Virus record (IMG/VR): IMGVR_UViG_2556921664_000001
Span: 8,766-72,765 of that record
Reading direction: 5' to 3' (one strand)
Length of the DNA: 64,000 nt
From: a virus
Taxonomy: Duplodnaviria; Caudoviricetes
The notes beneath the pieces are model-generated. The model made no database searches and had not been told where the DNA came from. It saw only the letters and a list, made by a program, of their open reading frames with translations. Positions 63,371-64,000 of this stretch are shown here, piece by piece. The position numbers and the translations under genes were made by a program. How positions within the stretch are numbered: the first letter of the stretch is position 1; every line of letters starts with the position of its first letter.

Positions 63371-63703
63371 ATTTATCGCCTCCCCTTACCATAAACTATT
63401 ATATAGTTACTTGTTGAATATGTCAAATCAAACGTTAGTTTTTGCAAAATTGCAATATATTTTTCATGTTTTACATTATATTTTGCTTTTTTGCAATATT
63501 TTATGTTTATTTTTCCATTTTTTACTGCATTTTTCCTGTAATTTGCTTTTAATGGTGTTTTTTAGTATATTTTCCGCATATTTGCATATAATGTCATTTT
63601 TTATCATTCTTTCCGTATATTTTTATTAAATGCCATTTTATACCGTTATTTCCGTCTATTTAATTAATTTTCAAACTCAACGTTCTAAAATTCTAGAACA
63701 AAA

Positions 63704-63723
63704 AAGCAGCCCGAAGGCTGCTT
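63704..63723 (-). terminator. Intrinsic terminator
   Basis: AAGCAGCC/GGCTGCTT stem with a T tract on the minus strand. Confidence 0.65.
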
Positions 63724-63767
63724 GAAATGACTGTATTATACGATTATTTAATTTCTTTTGAAAAAAC

Positions 63768-63805
63768 TTGCTTTGTACTTGTTGTAGAGCGAATATCATA
63801 CGTAC
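63768..63805 (+). promoter_or_regulatory. Cassette promoter, copy H
   Basis: TTGCTT-N12-AGAGC-GAATATCATAC; same architecture as copies A-G. Confidence 0.65.
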
Positions 63806-63820
63806 CAGGAGGTAATAACT

Positions 63821-64000
63821 ATGATTACAAAAAGAAAAATATTTAAGACCGAGAATAGAGCAATGAAATTCTCAGATAAATTAAAAAAAGCCGGGCAGCT
63901 CGACGTACAAATCTGGGAGCTACCCGGTAATTCTAGCAAAAACATTTATGCAGTCATTTGGACCGAAGCAAAAATCAATCCTTCATATTGTCAAACATAA
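63821..64000 (+). CDS. Small hypothetical protein (59 aa)
   Basis: Not in the ORF track. AGGAGGT RBS; MITKRKIFKTENRAMKFSDKLKK...YCQT* ends at the last base of the window. Confidence 0.65.
   Translation: MITKRKIFKTENRAMKFSDKLKKAGQLDVQIWELPGNSSKNIYAVIWTEAKINPSYCQT

Larger units (their letters stand above)
1..64000 (-). mobile_element. Temperate siphovirus-like prophage with large internal cargo island; both ends probably outside the window
   Basis: Ordered minus-strand modules: replication, packaging, head, tail, lysis, serine recombinases. The left edge cuts a recombinase-domain gene; the right edge carries a copy of the phage-type promoter motif. Confidence 0.93.

Noticed and set aside
63339-63629. 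96-aa plus-strand hydrophobic ORF
   Set aside because: Arises from T-rich low-complexity intergenic DNA; no RBS.
1-64000. tRNA, rRNA or tmRNA genes and att core repeats
   Set aside because: No cloverleaf or T-loop signatures noticed, and no matching terminal repeats found by eye; the ends are probably outside the window.

Overview
The whole window is one temperate siphovirus-type prophage, read mostly on the minus strand, from a Firmicute. The host is probably a diderm Negativicute, judging by the spanin-like lysis genes. From right to left: an HTH repressor-like gene and a sigma-like gene (63.4-61.4 kb); a replication module with DUF2800-type nuclease, DUF2815-type SSB, family-A DNA polymerase, Rha, primase, VRR-NUC and SNF2 helicase (61.4-51.9 kb); HNH, terS and a ParB-fused methylase; an array of promoter-ORF-terminator mini-cassettes between terS and terL (43.4-48.2 kb); HK97-type head and long-tail genes (43.2-26.3 kb); and a lysis cassette (26.3-24.7 kb). 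About 22 kb of non-phage cargo (2.1-24.6 kb) follows, before the serine-recombinase integration module, which runs off the left edge. The cargo is the most unusual part. It holds a candidate ~240-nt multi-hairpin ncRNA with its own promoter and terminator, an SRA-Tudor fusion, a five-gene Ycf46-like AAA operon, a 940-aa multi-nuclease fusion, a stripped-down PolC, a vWA/MoxR pair, a SpoVK-like AAA plus orphan MotA-like operon, and a catalytically degenerate MTase-TRD fusion. At the DNA level I found two dispersed motif families that look like phage regulons (8 and 3 copies), a canonical -1 frameshift signal in the tail chaperone gene, and a dual-coded lysis gene pair. No CRISPR array, tRNA, rRNA or reverse transcriptase was seen. 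All family names come from motif recognition by eye, not database searches.
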